Part shown: positions 51,116 to 61,056 of the stretch, piece by piece | Numbering within the stretch: position 1 is the stretch's first letter | How the letters are laid out: each line of letters starts with the position of its first letter | Origin: Candidatus Latescibacterota bacterium | GTDB lineage: Bacteria; Latescibacterota; UBA2968; GCA-2709665 | Reading direction: 5' to 3' | DNA length: 64,000 bases | NCBI GenBank assembly: GCA_963667175.2 | Contig: CAXXXF010000016.1 | Span: 416,001 to 480,000 of the forward strand | Notes under the pieces: generated by a model | What the model was told of the DNA's origin: nothing | Databases searched by the model: none | What the model saw: only the letters and a program-made list of their open reading frames with translations | Position numbers and translations under genes: made by a program

Positions 51116-54100
51116 GTGAAAACCAACAACGTCGCGCTTGGTCTGTGCATCCTGATCGCCTTTCTACTGTTGACCCTGGTCTCACCGCAGGCGATCACCG
51201 ACCGCCTGTTCCAATGGTTCGATATTCGCTATCCGGAACCTCCGCCCGCCAGGGTGGCCACCGGGCAGCAGGAACTGGCCGATACCATCACAGACTGGAT
51301 AACGCCCGCCGAAGTCGAGTCGCGTCTGCGCCGACTGGCCGAATCGGGTTCGCGGGTGGTCGGCTATCCGGGCCACGGCGCCGCGTCCCGATACATCCAG
51401 GCAGAATTCGAGCGCATGGGTCTGGAGAACGTCTCCATCGAATCCTACGACGTCACGTCTCCCGTGGACAAGGGCGGCGGACTGCGCATCATCGGCGAGC
51501 CCGGCGTGATACCGATTCATGCGGTCTGGCCCAACCTTGTGCGCACGTCCACGCTGCCGCGCGCGGGACTGCGAGCTCCGCTGATTGACGGGGGCGGCGG
51601 AGAATTCGCGGATTTCAACGGCAAGGAGCCCGGCGGCAGCGTCGCGCTGCTGGACTTCAACTCCTGGAACCGCTGGATGAACGCCTCCATGCTGGGCGCC
51701 CGGGCGATTGTATTCGTTGCGCCGGATTCCACCACAACCGCCGAAGCCGAGCAGAAGTTCTTCCAGGTTCCGCTCAACGCGCCGCGGTTCTGGATCGGCA
51801 GGTCCGACGGGGAACGCCTCCGGAGACGCCTGGCCGCCGGCGAGCGGATCGACGTGGAACTGAAGGCGCGAATGGACTGGGAAAGGCACTCCGCAGACAA
51901 TATTATCGGCTGGATACCGGGTACGGACCCGCAGCTTCGGGAACGCGTGGTACTGATCGACGCCTATTACGACGCGATGTCCGTTGTGCCCGCGCTCGCC
52001 CCCGGCGCCGAGCAGGCGTCCGGCATCGTGGGCCTTCTGGAAATGGCCGAATACTTCAAGGCGCATCCGCCCGCCCACACCATCCTCTTTCTGGCAACGT
52101 CGGCGCACCATCTCGGTTTTCGCGGCGTCTGTGACTTTCTGGGCAGACACGCCAGAAAAGAGGAACACTTCGCCGAACTGATGACGGACCCCATCGATAT
52201 CCGGCTCTGGATCTCGCTGGATCTCACCTCGCAGACCGACCAGATGGCGGTCTGGAACGGCTCCACCGCGTTCTATTTCCAGCGTTTCTTCACGCCACTG
52301 GGCAAACGTTTCAGCGGCCATGGCGCGGACCTGGCGCCGGCATTCGGCATGGACGCAAAGAGGTCGCTTGTCGACGGCATCAACCCTCCTTCGGGCATGA
52401 GTTGGCGAATGTTCATCCCGGGCGGCAATCTGAAGACCGACTCGCAGGTGGTGCTCACCGCGGGAATGCCGACCCTGGCTTTCGTGACCATCAACGACGC
52501 GCGATTCAGGGTGGATACACCCTACGACACGGTAGACCACGTCAATCTCACCCATCTGACGAATCAGATCAGGCTGCTTACGGCGGTGCTCAGCAAAGCG
52601 CTGAATGAACCCGATTTCCTGCCCGACTATCGCGTCAAGATGAAGGACAGGATGCGAGCCCTGAAGGGGCGCCTGCTTACGTTTCCGAGGCGCAGCATCA
52701 CCCCGGACCGGCCGCGCAAAGGCGCGGTGGCGGTACTGCGAATGTCTTCCGAAAAAACCGTCAAGGGGGTACGCGCCATATTCTACGACCAGGCCGACGA
52801 GAACGGCGAGTTCTACGTTCCCGGTCTCGCGGTGCGCCGGGTCGGCCTGGACGCCTATTACCTCGACCCGGAGAGCGGTGAAATCACCTATGCGGCGGAT
52901 CGGGGTCAGGCAGCGCGGATCTACAAGCCCGAATTCGGCATGGACTGGTGGATTACACGCGCCACCCGCATCATGTTTCCCTGTGTGTCGACCGACTTCT
53001 ACGAAACCGTAGATCCGCGATATCTCACCAAGCTCCCGAGCCTCTCCCTGTACGGCGACGGAAACACCGCCCCCCGGGAATACGGATATACCCTGGGTTA
53101 CGGACCCAACGAACCGGTCGGCGTGGTCTTCACGCCCCCGGGCGTCAAGCTCAAGATCACGATGCAGACGAAGGGTATCGGCATCCGCTACATGCTGCTG
53201 AATGCCACCGATACGACCAGCGTGGAAGCCGCGCGCAAGAGCGGATTCGTGGCCGCCACCCACGGCGCGATCACCCACACGGCCTATCAGGCCGCCAAAG
53301 ACATGTGGGTCCTCGACCACGCCAGGATGCGCGAGCTCAACGACTACGGAATCGAAAACGACCGGCTTTCCGATCTGCACAACCGGGCGGGGGTGCATCT
53401 GGCGCGCGCGGACTCGGCCCGGCAGCAATTGCGATGGGACGACTTCATCAGACATTCGCGCGCTGCGCTCGGCCTTGAATCGCGCGCCTATCCGGACGTG
53501 AAGGGGACGCAGAACGACGTGATCCGGGGCATCATCTTTTTCATGGCGCTGGTTCTGCCCTGCGCCTTTTTCGGCGAACGGCTGATTTTTACCGCGGTGG
53601 ACATCCGTTGGCAGATCGTGGGTTTCGCCGGTATATTCGTGGTTATCTGGGTCTTTCTGTCCATCGTTCATCCCGCATTCGACCTTTCGAATCCTTTCGT
53701 CATCCTCCTGGCATTTGTGCTCCTGGCACTGGCCAGCTTCGTGATCAGCCTGGTTTTCTCCCGGTTCAACAGTCAGATGCGCAGCCTGCGCACCGAGGCA
53801 GCCGTTATCCACGACGTGGACGTGGGACGAATTTCCGCATCGCTGGCGGCCTTCCAACTGGGCATCGCCAATATGAAGCGGCGCAAGCTCAGAACGGCGC
53901 TCACCTTTAGCACGCTCGTCCTGCTTACCTTCACCGTGTTGTCTTTCTCTTCGATCAAGTCCCAGCTCAGGTTTCACCAGATTTCACGGGACAATCTGGG
54001 CCCGTATCCTGGAATGCTCATCCGGAGCAAGTATTGGGCGCCCCTCGAGGAATCGGTACTGGACTATGTAAACGCCAACTTCGGCCGGGAAGCCGTAGTG

Positions 54101-55651
54101 GCGGCGCGCAGCTGGTACGCCTCCAAGGAAAAAAAGGCCATCCAGGTCGTTTCGGACAGCGCGTCGGCCAACGCACTCGGCATTGTGGGGCTGACCGCAC
54201 AGGAAACCGGCGTGATCGGGATTCAGGACTGTCTGTCTGTCGGTCGGTGGTTCCTCCCGGGCGAGCGGAACGTCGCCATACTGCCCCAGGCAATGGCCGA
54301 CCTCCTAAAGATCGGAGAGTCCGATATCGGACAGGCCGAGGTCCGGCTCTTCGGAGAGCGATTCAAGGTGGTGGGTCTGATCGACGCCGAGCGCATGAAG
54401 GATCTCGAAGACCTCGACGGAGAGCCCCTGACGCCCGCGGATTTCGTTCTGACCGATGAAAACGTGTTCATGCAGATGGCTCAACAGGAGAAACGCGAGA
54501 AAGCCGGCCTGGAAGAGACCGACGTCGAGATCATGGAATTCGAACACCTCGACCCGGCCAACGTCATGGTGGTGCCCTACCAGGCGCTAAGGGAAGTCAA
54601 CAGCCCGCTGCAGGCCATCGCCGTGAGGTTCCGGGACCCAACGGTGGTCAGGCAGCGGGTGGAAAGCTTTATCTCGCGGCTCTCCGTCGTCCTCTTTGCG
54701 GGGGTCCCGGAGGTCTCGCCCGAGGGAAAGATCGGACGTATTGCCGTTTCCGTCTACTCCTCTTTCGGACAGGCCTCGGCGCAAGGCCTGAGCAACCTGT
54801 TTATTCCCATTGCGATCGCCGCCCTGATCGTGTTGAACACGATGATGGGGTCGGTTTACGAACGATTCCGAGAAATCGGCATCTATTCCTCGGTCGGCCT
54901 GGCGCCCGTGCACATCGCCTTCCTGTTCCTGGCGGAGTCCTGCGTTTACGCCGTGCTTGGCGCGGTTTCGGGTTATCTGCTTGCGCAGGGTGTTTCAAAA
55001 ATCGTGCTCTGGCAGGGGCTTCTGCAGGGCATCACCGTGAATTACTCCTCCATCTCCGCCATGGCCTCCTCCACGCTCGTGATGCTCGTGGTGATCCTTT
55101 CCACCATCTATCCCGCCCGCCGGGCTTCGCAGATGGCGGTTCCGGATATCACCCGACGCTGGAGACTGCCGGAGCCGGATGCGGACCGCTGGGATTTTGA
55201 GTTCCCGTTCACCATATCCGGCAACGAAGTCGTGGGTCTGTTTACGTTTCTCACCAGGTATTTCGACTTTCATACGGAAAGCTCGATGGGCACGTTCTTC
55301 ACGCACGGGGCCAACCTGTCCGCGTACGACACGAACCGGGGCCGCGGGTACCGGATCGATACGACCATCTGGCTCGCGCCCTTCGATCTCGGGGTCAGCC
55401 AGACCATCCGCCTGACGTCCACGCCCACGGGCGCCTTCGGCATCCACGCCCTCGAGATTACCATTGACAGGCTGTCGGGCGACCTGGCCTCGTGGAAACG
55501 ATGCAACCAGCGCTTTATGAACCAGATCCGAAAACAGTTCCTCATCTGGCGCACGATCCCGGAAGAAAGCCAGCGTCAATATGGAAACGAGGGTAACGAA
55601 CTGATCCAGGAGTCCGCAGCCCGCCTGGCGTCTGCCGGGGAGAACGCCTGA
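51116..55651 (+). CDS. 1511-aa peptidase-M28-like/PA domain plus FtsX/MacB-type permease fusion
   Basis: SRVVGYPGH, NIIGWIPG, IDAYYD, PGAEQASG; NMKRRKLRTALT; VLNTMMGSVYERFREIGIYSSVGL; IYPARRAS. Confidence 0.8.
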   Translation: MKTNNVALGLCILIAFLLLTLVSPQAITDRLFQWFDIRYPEPPPARVATGQQELADTITDWITPAEVESRLRRLAESGSRVVGYPGHGAASRYIQAEFERMGLENVSIESYDVTSPVDKGGGLRIIGEPGVIPIHAVWPNLVRTSTLPRAGLRAPLIDGGGGEFADFNGKEPGGSVALLDFNSWNRWMNASMLGARAIVFVAPDSTTTAEAEQKFFQVPLNAPRFWIGRSDGERLRRRLAAGERIDVELKARMDWERHSADNIIGWIPGTDPQLRERVVLIDAYYDAMSVVPALAPGAEQASGIVGLLEMAEYFKAHPPAHTILFLATSAHHLGFRGVCDFLGRHARKEEHFAELMTDPIDIRLWISLDLTSQTDQMAVWNGSTAFYFQRFFTPLGKRFSGHGADLAPAFGMDAKRSLVDGINPPSGMSWRMFIPGGNLKTDSQVVLTAGMPTLAFVTINDARFRVDTPYDTVDHVNLTHLTNQIRLLTAVLSKALNEPDFLPDYRVKMKDRMRALKGRLLTFPRRSITPDRPRKGAVAVLRMSSEKTVKGVRAIFYDQADENGEFYVPGLAVRRVGLDAYYLDPESGEITYAADRGQAARIYKPEFGMDWWITRATRIMFPCVSTDFYETVDPRYLTKLPSLSLYGDGNTAPREYGYTLGYGPNEPVGVVFTPPGVKLKITMQTKGIGIRYMLLNATDTTSVEAARKSGFVAATHGAITHTAYQAAKDMWVLDHARMRELNDYGIENDRLSDLHNRAGVHLARADSARQQLRWDDFIRHSRAALGLESRAYPDVKGTQNDVIRGIIFFMALVLPCAFFGERLIFTAVDIRWQIVGFAGIFVVIWVFLSIVHPAFDLSNPFVILLAFVLLALASFVISLVFSRFNSQMRSLRTEAAVIHDVDVGRISASLAAFQLGIANMKRRKLRTALTFSTLVLLTFTVLSFSSIKSQLRFHQISRDNLGPYPGMLIRSKYWAPLEESVLDYVNANFGREAVVAARSWYASKEKKAIQVVSDSASANALGIVGLTAQETGVIGIQDCLSVGRWFLPGERNVAILPQAMADLLKIGESDIGQAEVRLFGERFKVVGLIDAERMKDLEDLDGEPLTPADFVLTDENVFMQMAQQEKREKAGLEETDVEIMEFEHLDPANVMVVPYQALREVNSPLQAIAVRFRDPTVVRQRVESFISRLSVVLFAGVPEVSPEGKIGRIAVSVYSSFGQASAQGLSNLFIPIAIAALIVLNTMMGSVYERFREIGIYSSVGLAPVHIAFLFLAESCVYAVLGAVSGYLLAQGVSKIVLWQGLLQGITVNYSSISAMASSTLVMLVVILSTIYPARRASQMAVPDITRRWRLPEPDADRWDFEFPFTISGNEVVGLFTFLTRYFDFHTESSMGTFFTHGANLSAYDTNRGRGYRIDTTIWLAPFDLGVSQTIRLTSTPTGAFGIHALEITIDRLSGDLASWKRCNQRFMNQIRKQFLIWRTIPEESQRQYGNEGNELIQESAARLASAGENA

Positions 55652-55743
55652 TGATTTCCCGGTTCGCCCTTCCTCGCCCGGCGCCCACCCGGGCCCTCCG
55701 TTCGACGCGCAAATGCGCGCACGCGCCACGGAAGCCGTAAACC

Positions 55744-57042
55744 GTGCCTCTCGGCAGACACATTCTGGTTGAACTGTACGGGTCTCCCCCATCCGTACTG
55801 GATGACGTCATCCGCATCGAAGCGTGCATGGTTCGCGCGGCCCACGCGGCGAACGCGACCGTCATCAACACCGCCTTCCACCATTTCTCTCCCTATGGCG
55901 TCTCGGGCGTTGTTGTGATCCACGAGAGCCACCTGTCCATCCACACGTGGCCCGAACATGGATTCGCCGCCGTCGATCTGTTCACCTGCGGCAATACGAT
56001 CGATCCGTGGAAGGCGTACGAAGCGTTGAAGTCGGACATGGAAGCCACGCGGGGCACAACCCGTGAAATTGACCGCGGACAACCCGACGCTCCGGTTCAG
56101 TGCGGCGCCGCGCCCGCGCAAATGGAGTCAAACGCGCCTCGTGCGCACGTCCGCAATCTCTGGTTTACCAGGAGAGAAGAACAGATTGCGCTCTCGCTGC
56201 GGCACGCCGGCGTGCTTTTCCAGCGCCAGTCGACCTACCAGAGAGTTGAAGTCCTCGAAAGCTACGGGTACGGAAAGGTCCTGGTGATCGACGGGGCGAT
56301 CGCGTGCACCGAACACGATGAGCACATCTATCATGAGATGATCGCCCACGTACCCATGCAGACCCGCCCCGACGCCCGGCGAGCCCTGGTCATCGGAGGC
56401 GGCGACGGCGGGGCCGCTCGGGAATTGCTGCGATACGAGCAGATCGAGCAGGTTGTCGCGGTTGAACTCGACGCCGCGGTTGTCGAGGCCTGCAGGCAGC
56501 ATTTCCCTGCCCTCGCGCCGGCTTTCGACGATCCAAGGCTCTCGCTGCATATTGTGGACGGCCTTACCTATATTCAATCCTGCCCTGCCGAATCCTTCGA
56601 CGTCGTGATTGTGGACGTGGCCGACCCCTCAGGCGGGTCCCGACGACTCTTTACCGAGCCCTTTTACCTGCGCGTTCGCGAAAGTCTCTGTCCCGACGGG
56701 GTCATGGTGGCTCAGACCGAACCACCCGCGCTCAACGGCCGCGCGTTCGCGGAATTAACCCTGCGTCACAAGTCGGTCTTCGGCCGCGCAAACGTACACT
56801 GCTATCTCGCCTGCATTCCCACGTATGCGACCGGACTGCTCAGCTTTTCCTATGCCGAAAAGCAATGCGCGGGCCCGCTGAAAACGCTCGACCCGCTGAG
56901 GGCCCGCCAATTCTCGGAAACACACGGGCTCAAGTACTACAACGAAGAGATACACGCGGCCGCCTTTGCCCTTCCCACGTATATCAGACGTCTTCTTCGA
57001 GACGATGCGCCAACGCCCGTGGGTCCCGCGCGCCGCTGGTGA
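55744..57042 (+). CDS. S-adenosylmethionine decarboxylase-spermidine synthase fusion (SpeD-SpeE)
   Basis: N-terminus [34 protein letters not shown]; C-terminus [35 protein letters not shown]. Confidence 0.92.
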   Translation: MPLGRHILVELYGSPPSVLDDVIRIEACMVRAAHAANATVINTAFHHFSPYGVSGVVVIHESHLSIHTWPEHGFAAVDLFTCGNTIDPWKAYEALKSDMEATRGTTREIDRGQPDAPVQCGAAPAQMESNAPRAHVRNLWFTRREEQIALSLRHAGVLFQRQSTYQRVEVLESYGYGKVLVIDGAIACTEHDEHIYHEMIAHVPMQTRPDARRALVIGGGDGGAARELLRYEQIEQVVAVELDAAVVEACRQHFPALAPAFDDPRLSLHIVDGLTYIQSCPAESFDVVIVDVADPSGGSRRLFTEPFYLRVRESLCPDGVMVAQTEPPALNGRAFAELTLRHKSVFGRANVHCYLACIPTYATGLLSFSYAEKQCAGPLKTLDPLRARQFSETHGLKYYNEEIHAAAFALPTYIRRLLRDDAPTPVGPARRW

Positions 57043-57159
57043 TGGCCGCCGCGCCCTCTCCGAGGCGGTGTGTGAGGTACGCGTTGTAAAGCCGGATTAC
57101 CGCGCCCCGGCACGCCAGCATGCCCACCAGCGATTCGAGCGGACTCGAGTACTTTCCAG

Positions 57160-57188
57160 TTGACAATACCCCCGGGTGATTTTAGCTT
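57160..57188 (+). promoter_or_regulatory. Possible sigma70 promoter upstream of the RDD gene
   Basis: TTGACA-17 bp-TAGCTT. Confidence 0.45.
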
Positions 57189-57239
57189 CTGCAACACCCG
57201 CGTTTCGCAGTTCGCTGGAATGAATGGAGGGAATCGACC

Positions 57240-57785
57240 ATGGCATACGACCACCCCGCGGAGGTCCGGCCTGATGACGTCACCGGCGAAAGAACCGGAT
57301 TCGGCAGGCGAGTCGGGGCATTTGTTCTCGATGTCATTCTCATTTTGATCGTCACGTCCATCGCGAACTCTCTCACCGGCGAAAAAGCCGCCATCGACCC
57401 TTCGGACCCACACTATCTTTCCGTCCTGACCCGCATCATGGCGGGTGTGGGCTTGTACGTCGCCTCCATACAGCTTCTGTACTGTCTGATCGAAGGTCTT
57501 ACCGGCGCATCGCCCGGCAAGATGTTTCTCAGGATGCGGATTCGAGACGCCAGCGGCGCGCCGGCGTCCATCGGTACGTTGATTCTTCGCATGGCTGTTA
57601 AACACGTCCAGATTGTCGCCACCTTCCTGGTTGTGCTGACCGGCAGCCAGTTGCTGGCCGTGGTCGGTCTGGCAGGGGGCGTCATCGTCTTTTTCGGATG
57701 CTTGCTCGCCATGAGCCCCGCCGGGCAGGCGCTTCACGACAAGCTGGTTCAGACTGCCGTATTTTCCGTGCGAACGCGCGCCTGA
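57240..57785 (+). CDS. RDD family membrane protein
   Basis: FGRRVGAFVLD, GASPGK, QALHDKLVQT. Confidence 0.88.
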   Translation: MAYDHPAEVRPDDVTGERTGFGRRVGAFVLDVILILIVTSIANSLTGEKAAIDPSDPHYLSVLTRIMAGVGLYVASIQLLYCLIEGLTGASPGKMFLRMRIRDASGAPASIGTLILRMAVKHVQIVATFLVVLTGSQLLAVVGLAGGVIVFFGCLLAMSPAGQALHDKLVQTAVFSVRTRA

Positions 57786-57854
57786 ACCGTTTCCCGATGC
57801 CCGAATTCCCTCCGAGCGGGATGCCCCGGGGAGAATTTCGTATCTTCTATTGGA

Positions 57855-58622
57855 ATGCATGATGACTTGAGACGCGCAGGAGAACGTCCCGTGCCGCGGT
57901 CACACACGGTCGATACCCTGAGCAGCGACCTGAATCATCTCGGACTCGAGTCGGGCGATACCGTTTTCATTCACGCATCGTTCAAGAGCCTGGGACCGGT
58001 CGAAGGCGGCGCGCTCACCGTCGTGCGCGCTCTGGAGAATGCAACGAACCCCGGGGGCCTTGTCCTGATGCCCTCGTTCAATCTCCTGTCGAATACCCGG
58101 TTGCGGGCTGAAGCGTGGGACCCCGATACGACCCCCTCCTCGGTGGGCTGGCTCACCGAGTTCTTCCGCGCCATGCCCGGCACGTTTCGCTCGGACCACT
58201 ATTCACATTCCGTCGCCGCGCGCGGCAGGAACGCCCGGGCGTTCGTTGCCGGCCATCGCGACAGAACAGGCCGCTCTTCGCCCTGGGACCGCGATCCGTG
58301 GGGCAAGACGTACGGCGACAATTCTCCGATGGTCAGGGCCTATGCGGCCGGCGGCAAACTGCTCATGCTGGGCGTTACCTATGAAACTTCAACCTATATT
58401 CACCTTGTGGAAGTCATCTGCTGGCACCGGCGCCGCGAGATCGAGCCGGATGCCGGATACGGCAGGATCGACCGCCCGGCGCTGGGGTCATACTGGGAGG
58501 GCAATGGCGCGCTGAACCTGGGGCGTGTGGGCGATGCCGAGTGCCGGCTGTTCCCCATCCGGACCTACGTGGATGCGCTTGTCGAGGAGATCGAACGCCG
58601 GCCGGAGGCCTATCTCAGATAG
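57855..58622 (+). CDS. AAC(3)/YokD-like N-acetyltransferase (Antibiotic_NAT family)
   Basis: LGLESGDTVFIHASFKSLG, LMPSF, RSDHYSHSVAARG, TYIHLVE; start may be GTG 57891. Confidence 0.85.
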   Translation: MHDDLRRAGERPVPRSHTVDTLSSDLNHLGLESGDTVFIHASFKSLGPVEGGALTVVRALENATNPGGLVLMPSFNLLSNTRLRAEAWDPDTTPSSVGWLTEFFRAMPGTFRSDHYSHSVAARGRNARAFVAGHRDRTGRSSPWDRDPWGKTYGDNSPMVRAYAAGGKLLMLGVTYETSTYIHLVEVICWHRRREIEPDAGYGRIDRPALGSYWEGNGALNLGRVGDAECRLFPIRTYVDALVEEIERRPEAYLR

Positions 58623-58740
58623 GCTGTTTCCGCCGGTCGACTCGCCGACCGGCGCTTTTGCAACCGCCTGCCTTGCCTGCGGTAGCAGGCAGGCGCGAAT
58701 ACCGCTGGAGATTCCAAAACAGCTTCTGAAGGAGACTGTC

Positions 58741-58989
58741 ATGACGTCGGAACAGGCCGCGGCGCTGAAAGAAGCCCTCGAATCCATGATGGACGCGATC
58801 GGAAAGAAGGAACCGATCACGGAACACCTGCTTCATCTGACCGCACTCCAGCGGAAGCTCGCGTCCGTCTCATCCCCGCAGTTGAATCACTTCCTGCAGA
58901 ACAGAAGTTATACCAAGGCGTTGGAATACCTCCGGAACGGAGTCGTCATCGAGGACCCGCGTCGACCCGCCTGCGACGACGACGCATAG
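58741..58989 (+). CDS. Small hypothetical protein
   Basis: AAGGAG RBS; helical 82-aa product containing HFLQNRSYTKALEYL. Confidence 0.65.
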   Translation: MTSEQAAALKEALESMMDAIGKKEPITEHLLHLTALQRKLASVSSPQLNHFLQNRSYTKALEYLRNGVVIEDPRRPACDDDA

Positions 58990-59037
58990 TCGCGCCGTGC
59001 CCGATCGATCCTAACGACCACGCAGAGAGAGTTCACC

Positions 59038-59805
59038 ATGGTAAAAGGCATCCGCCAACGCGCGCTTGACCGCGACCTGGTCGCGGGGACGTTCCTGAAT
59101 CTGGGTTCGCCGGTAACGGCCGAAATCGCGGGGAAGAGCGGACTCGACTGGGTCCTGATCGACATCGAACACGGCGCGTCAGACCTGGAAACGTTGCGAG
59201 TCCAGCTTCAGGTCGTCTCCGGCACGCCCGCCGTGCCCATCGTCCGCATTGCCGCCAACGAACCCCCGCGTTTCAAGCGCGTGCTGGATATGGGCGCATC
59301 GGGCGTGATGGTGCCTTACGTGAGCACGGTGGCCGAGGCCGAGCAGGCGGTGGCCTCGACCCGCTATCCCCCGCGCGGCATTCGGGGTGTGGCGAAGTTG
59401 AACCGGGGCAGCGAGTTCGGCCGCGATTTCGATGACTATTTCGAATCCTCCCACGAGTTCCTCACGACCGTCGTACAGATCGAAACCCCGGAAGCCGTGG
59501 ACGCCATCGACGATATCGCGGTGGTAGACGGCGTGGACGTCCTGTTCATCGGCCCCCTCGACCTCAGCGTCAATCTGGGGATTCCGCAGCAATTCGACCA
59601 TCCCAGGTTTCTGGATGCCAGGGCCAGGGTCTCCGATGCCGCAAGGCGAGCGGGCAAAGCAGCGGGTATCCTGCTGCTGGACCCCGGTCACCTCGACGCC
59701 GCGGCGCGGGACGGATTCACTTTTGTCGCGCTCGGATCCGACGGCGGCCTCGTCGCGGCAGGCATGCAGAACATCGCGGCCGCATTCGATCCTCACAGGG
59801 GGTAG
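59038..59805 (+). CDS. HpcH/HpaI family aldolase
   Basis: IDIEHG, RYPPRGIRG, VQIET, FIGPLDLS. Confidence 0.92.
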   Translation: MVKGIRQRALDRDLVAGTFLNLGSPVTAEIAGKSGLDWVLIDIEHGASDLETLRVQLQVVSGTPAVPIVRIAANEPPRFKRVLDMGASGVMVPYVSTVAEAEQAVASTRYPPRGIRGVAKLNRGSEFGRDFDDYFESSHEFLTTVVQIETPEAVDAIDDIAVVDGVDVLFIGPLDLSVNLGIPQQFDHPRFLDARARVSDAARRAGKAAGILLLDPGHLDAAARDGFTFVALGSDGGLVAAGMQNIAAAFDPHRG

Positions 59806-60026
59806 CGACACGCCGCGGCGGCCCGAACAGTCCACTGAAAAAGTCGCTCCGCAGGCGAGGCCGAGGCATTGTGGCCGAAGACAAGGCGCGCGACCGACGC
59901 GAATCCCTGGATTCGGGGAGGGAGCGCAACGCCGTAGTTCGGCCACAAGGGCCGGACGCAGCCCGGATGGGCTTTTTCAACGGGCTGCTACGTTGGACCA
60001 CGGGCGAAGGCGACGGGAAACCAACG

Positions 60027-60977
60027 ATGAGCGAATGCCGCACATTGAGGGAATCGATGAACGCGCGAGGGGTCTTCGTCTTTGTCATGACCCCGATGAA
60101 GACCACCCTGAACCGCCAGGGCGACTACCGGATCGATACGGCCGGATTGGAGAAAAACACGCGTTATTTCGCAGGGGTCAAGGGCCGGAAGACCCTGGTG
60201 ATCTGCGGCGGTTCGGGGGAATTCTACGCCCTGTCGCCATCGGAAGTCAGAGACGTTGCCGCGGCGGCCGTTGCGGGCGCGGGGGGAAAGTGCGCAATCG
60301 TGTGCGGCATCGGCGGAAGCACCGGAACCGCCGTAAAGATGGCGGAAAACGCCCAGGAAGCGGGCTGCGACGCCCTGCTTGTGATGCCGCACGACCCGAT
60401 CGTCGCTCGCGGAGAGGGGGCGATCTGGCGGCATCATTGCGCGATCGCGAAAGCCGCGCACGTCGGCATGATCCCCTTCCGGGCCCCGCGCCAACTCCTT
60501 TCAATCGATCTGGTAAAGCGGTTTTCCGGGATGGAACGGGTCGTGGCCATCAAGGAGGAGAGCAACGCGGTGGACTGGGTGCGTACCGGCTGCAGGGTTG
60601 TGGGCAACCGCGTACCCATCATCACCGGGGGCGGCGAGAATATGGCGCCCTATTACTATCTCGCGGGCGCCAGGGGGTTCACGACGGGGATGGCCAACCT
60701 TACGCTGCCGACGTCCATCGCCTTGCACAACGCCTGCATTCGACGCCGCTGGAACGCGGCGATGGAACTTTGCGACGTCTTCGAGCCGCTGACTCTTCTG
60801 AGGGGCGAACTCGGAACGCCCATGCTCAAGGCGGGGCTTGAAATGATGGGCCTGGCCGGCGGGCCGATGCGGGTCCCGCCGGAATCGCAATCGACGGGAA
60901 CCCCGTCCGGCGGCGTGCTCACGGCAAAGGACCGCGCCAGGGTGCGACGCCTGCTAAAAAAAAAGGGAGTGCTGTAG
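60027..60977 (+). CDS. Dihydrodipicolinate synthase family lyase (KDG dehydratase-like)
   Basis: TPM, GGSGEFYALS, VAIKEES; start uncertain. Confidence 0.85.
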   Translation: MSECRTLRESMNARGVFVFVMTPMKTTLNRQGDYRIDTAGLEKNTRYFAGVKGRKTLVICGGSGEFYALSPSEVRDVAAAAVAGAGGKCAIVCGIGGSTGTAVKMAENAQEAGCDALLVMPHDPIVARGEGAIWRHHCAIAKAAHVGMIPFRAPRQLLSIDLVKRFSGMERVVAIKEESNAVDWVRTGCRVVGNRVPIITGGGENMAPYYYLAGARGFTTGMANLTLPTSIALHNACIRRRWNAAMELCDVFEPLTLLRGELGTPMLKAGLEMMGLAGGPMRVPPESQSTGTPSGGVLTAKDRARVRRLLKKKGVL

Positions 60978-61056
60978 GCTGCACGCTCCAGCTCGACGCC
61001 CTCACGCCTCTGAGGGTCGAACGTCCCGCGATCCCGCGTCCGTCAACGGCCGGGAA

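Noticed and set aside
51182-53977. 931-aa minus-strand ORF and other long antisense ORFs (21165-22844, 22947-24560, 13922-15328, 17661-19124)
   Set aside because: Shadow ORFs opposite well-supported genes; expected from GC-rich codon bias; no motifs
57855-58622. Aminoglycoside resistance gene
   Set aside because: The family includes many non-resistance acetyltransferases; no mobile context
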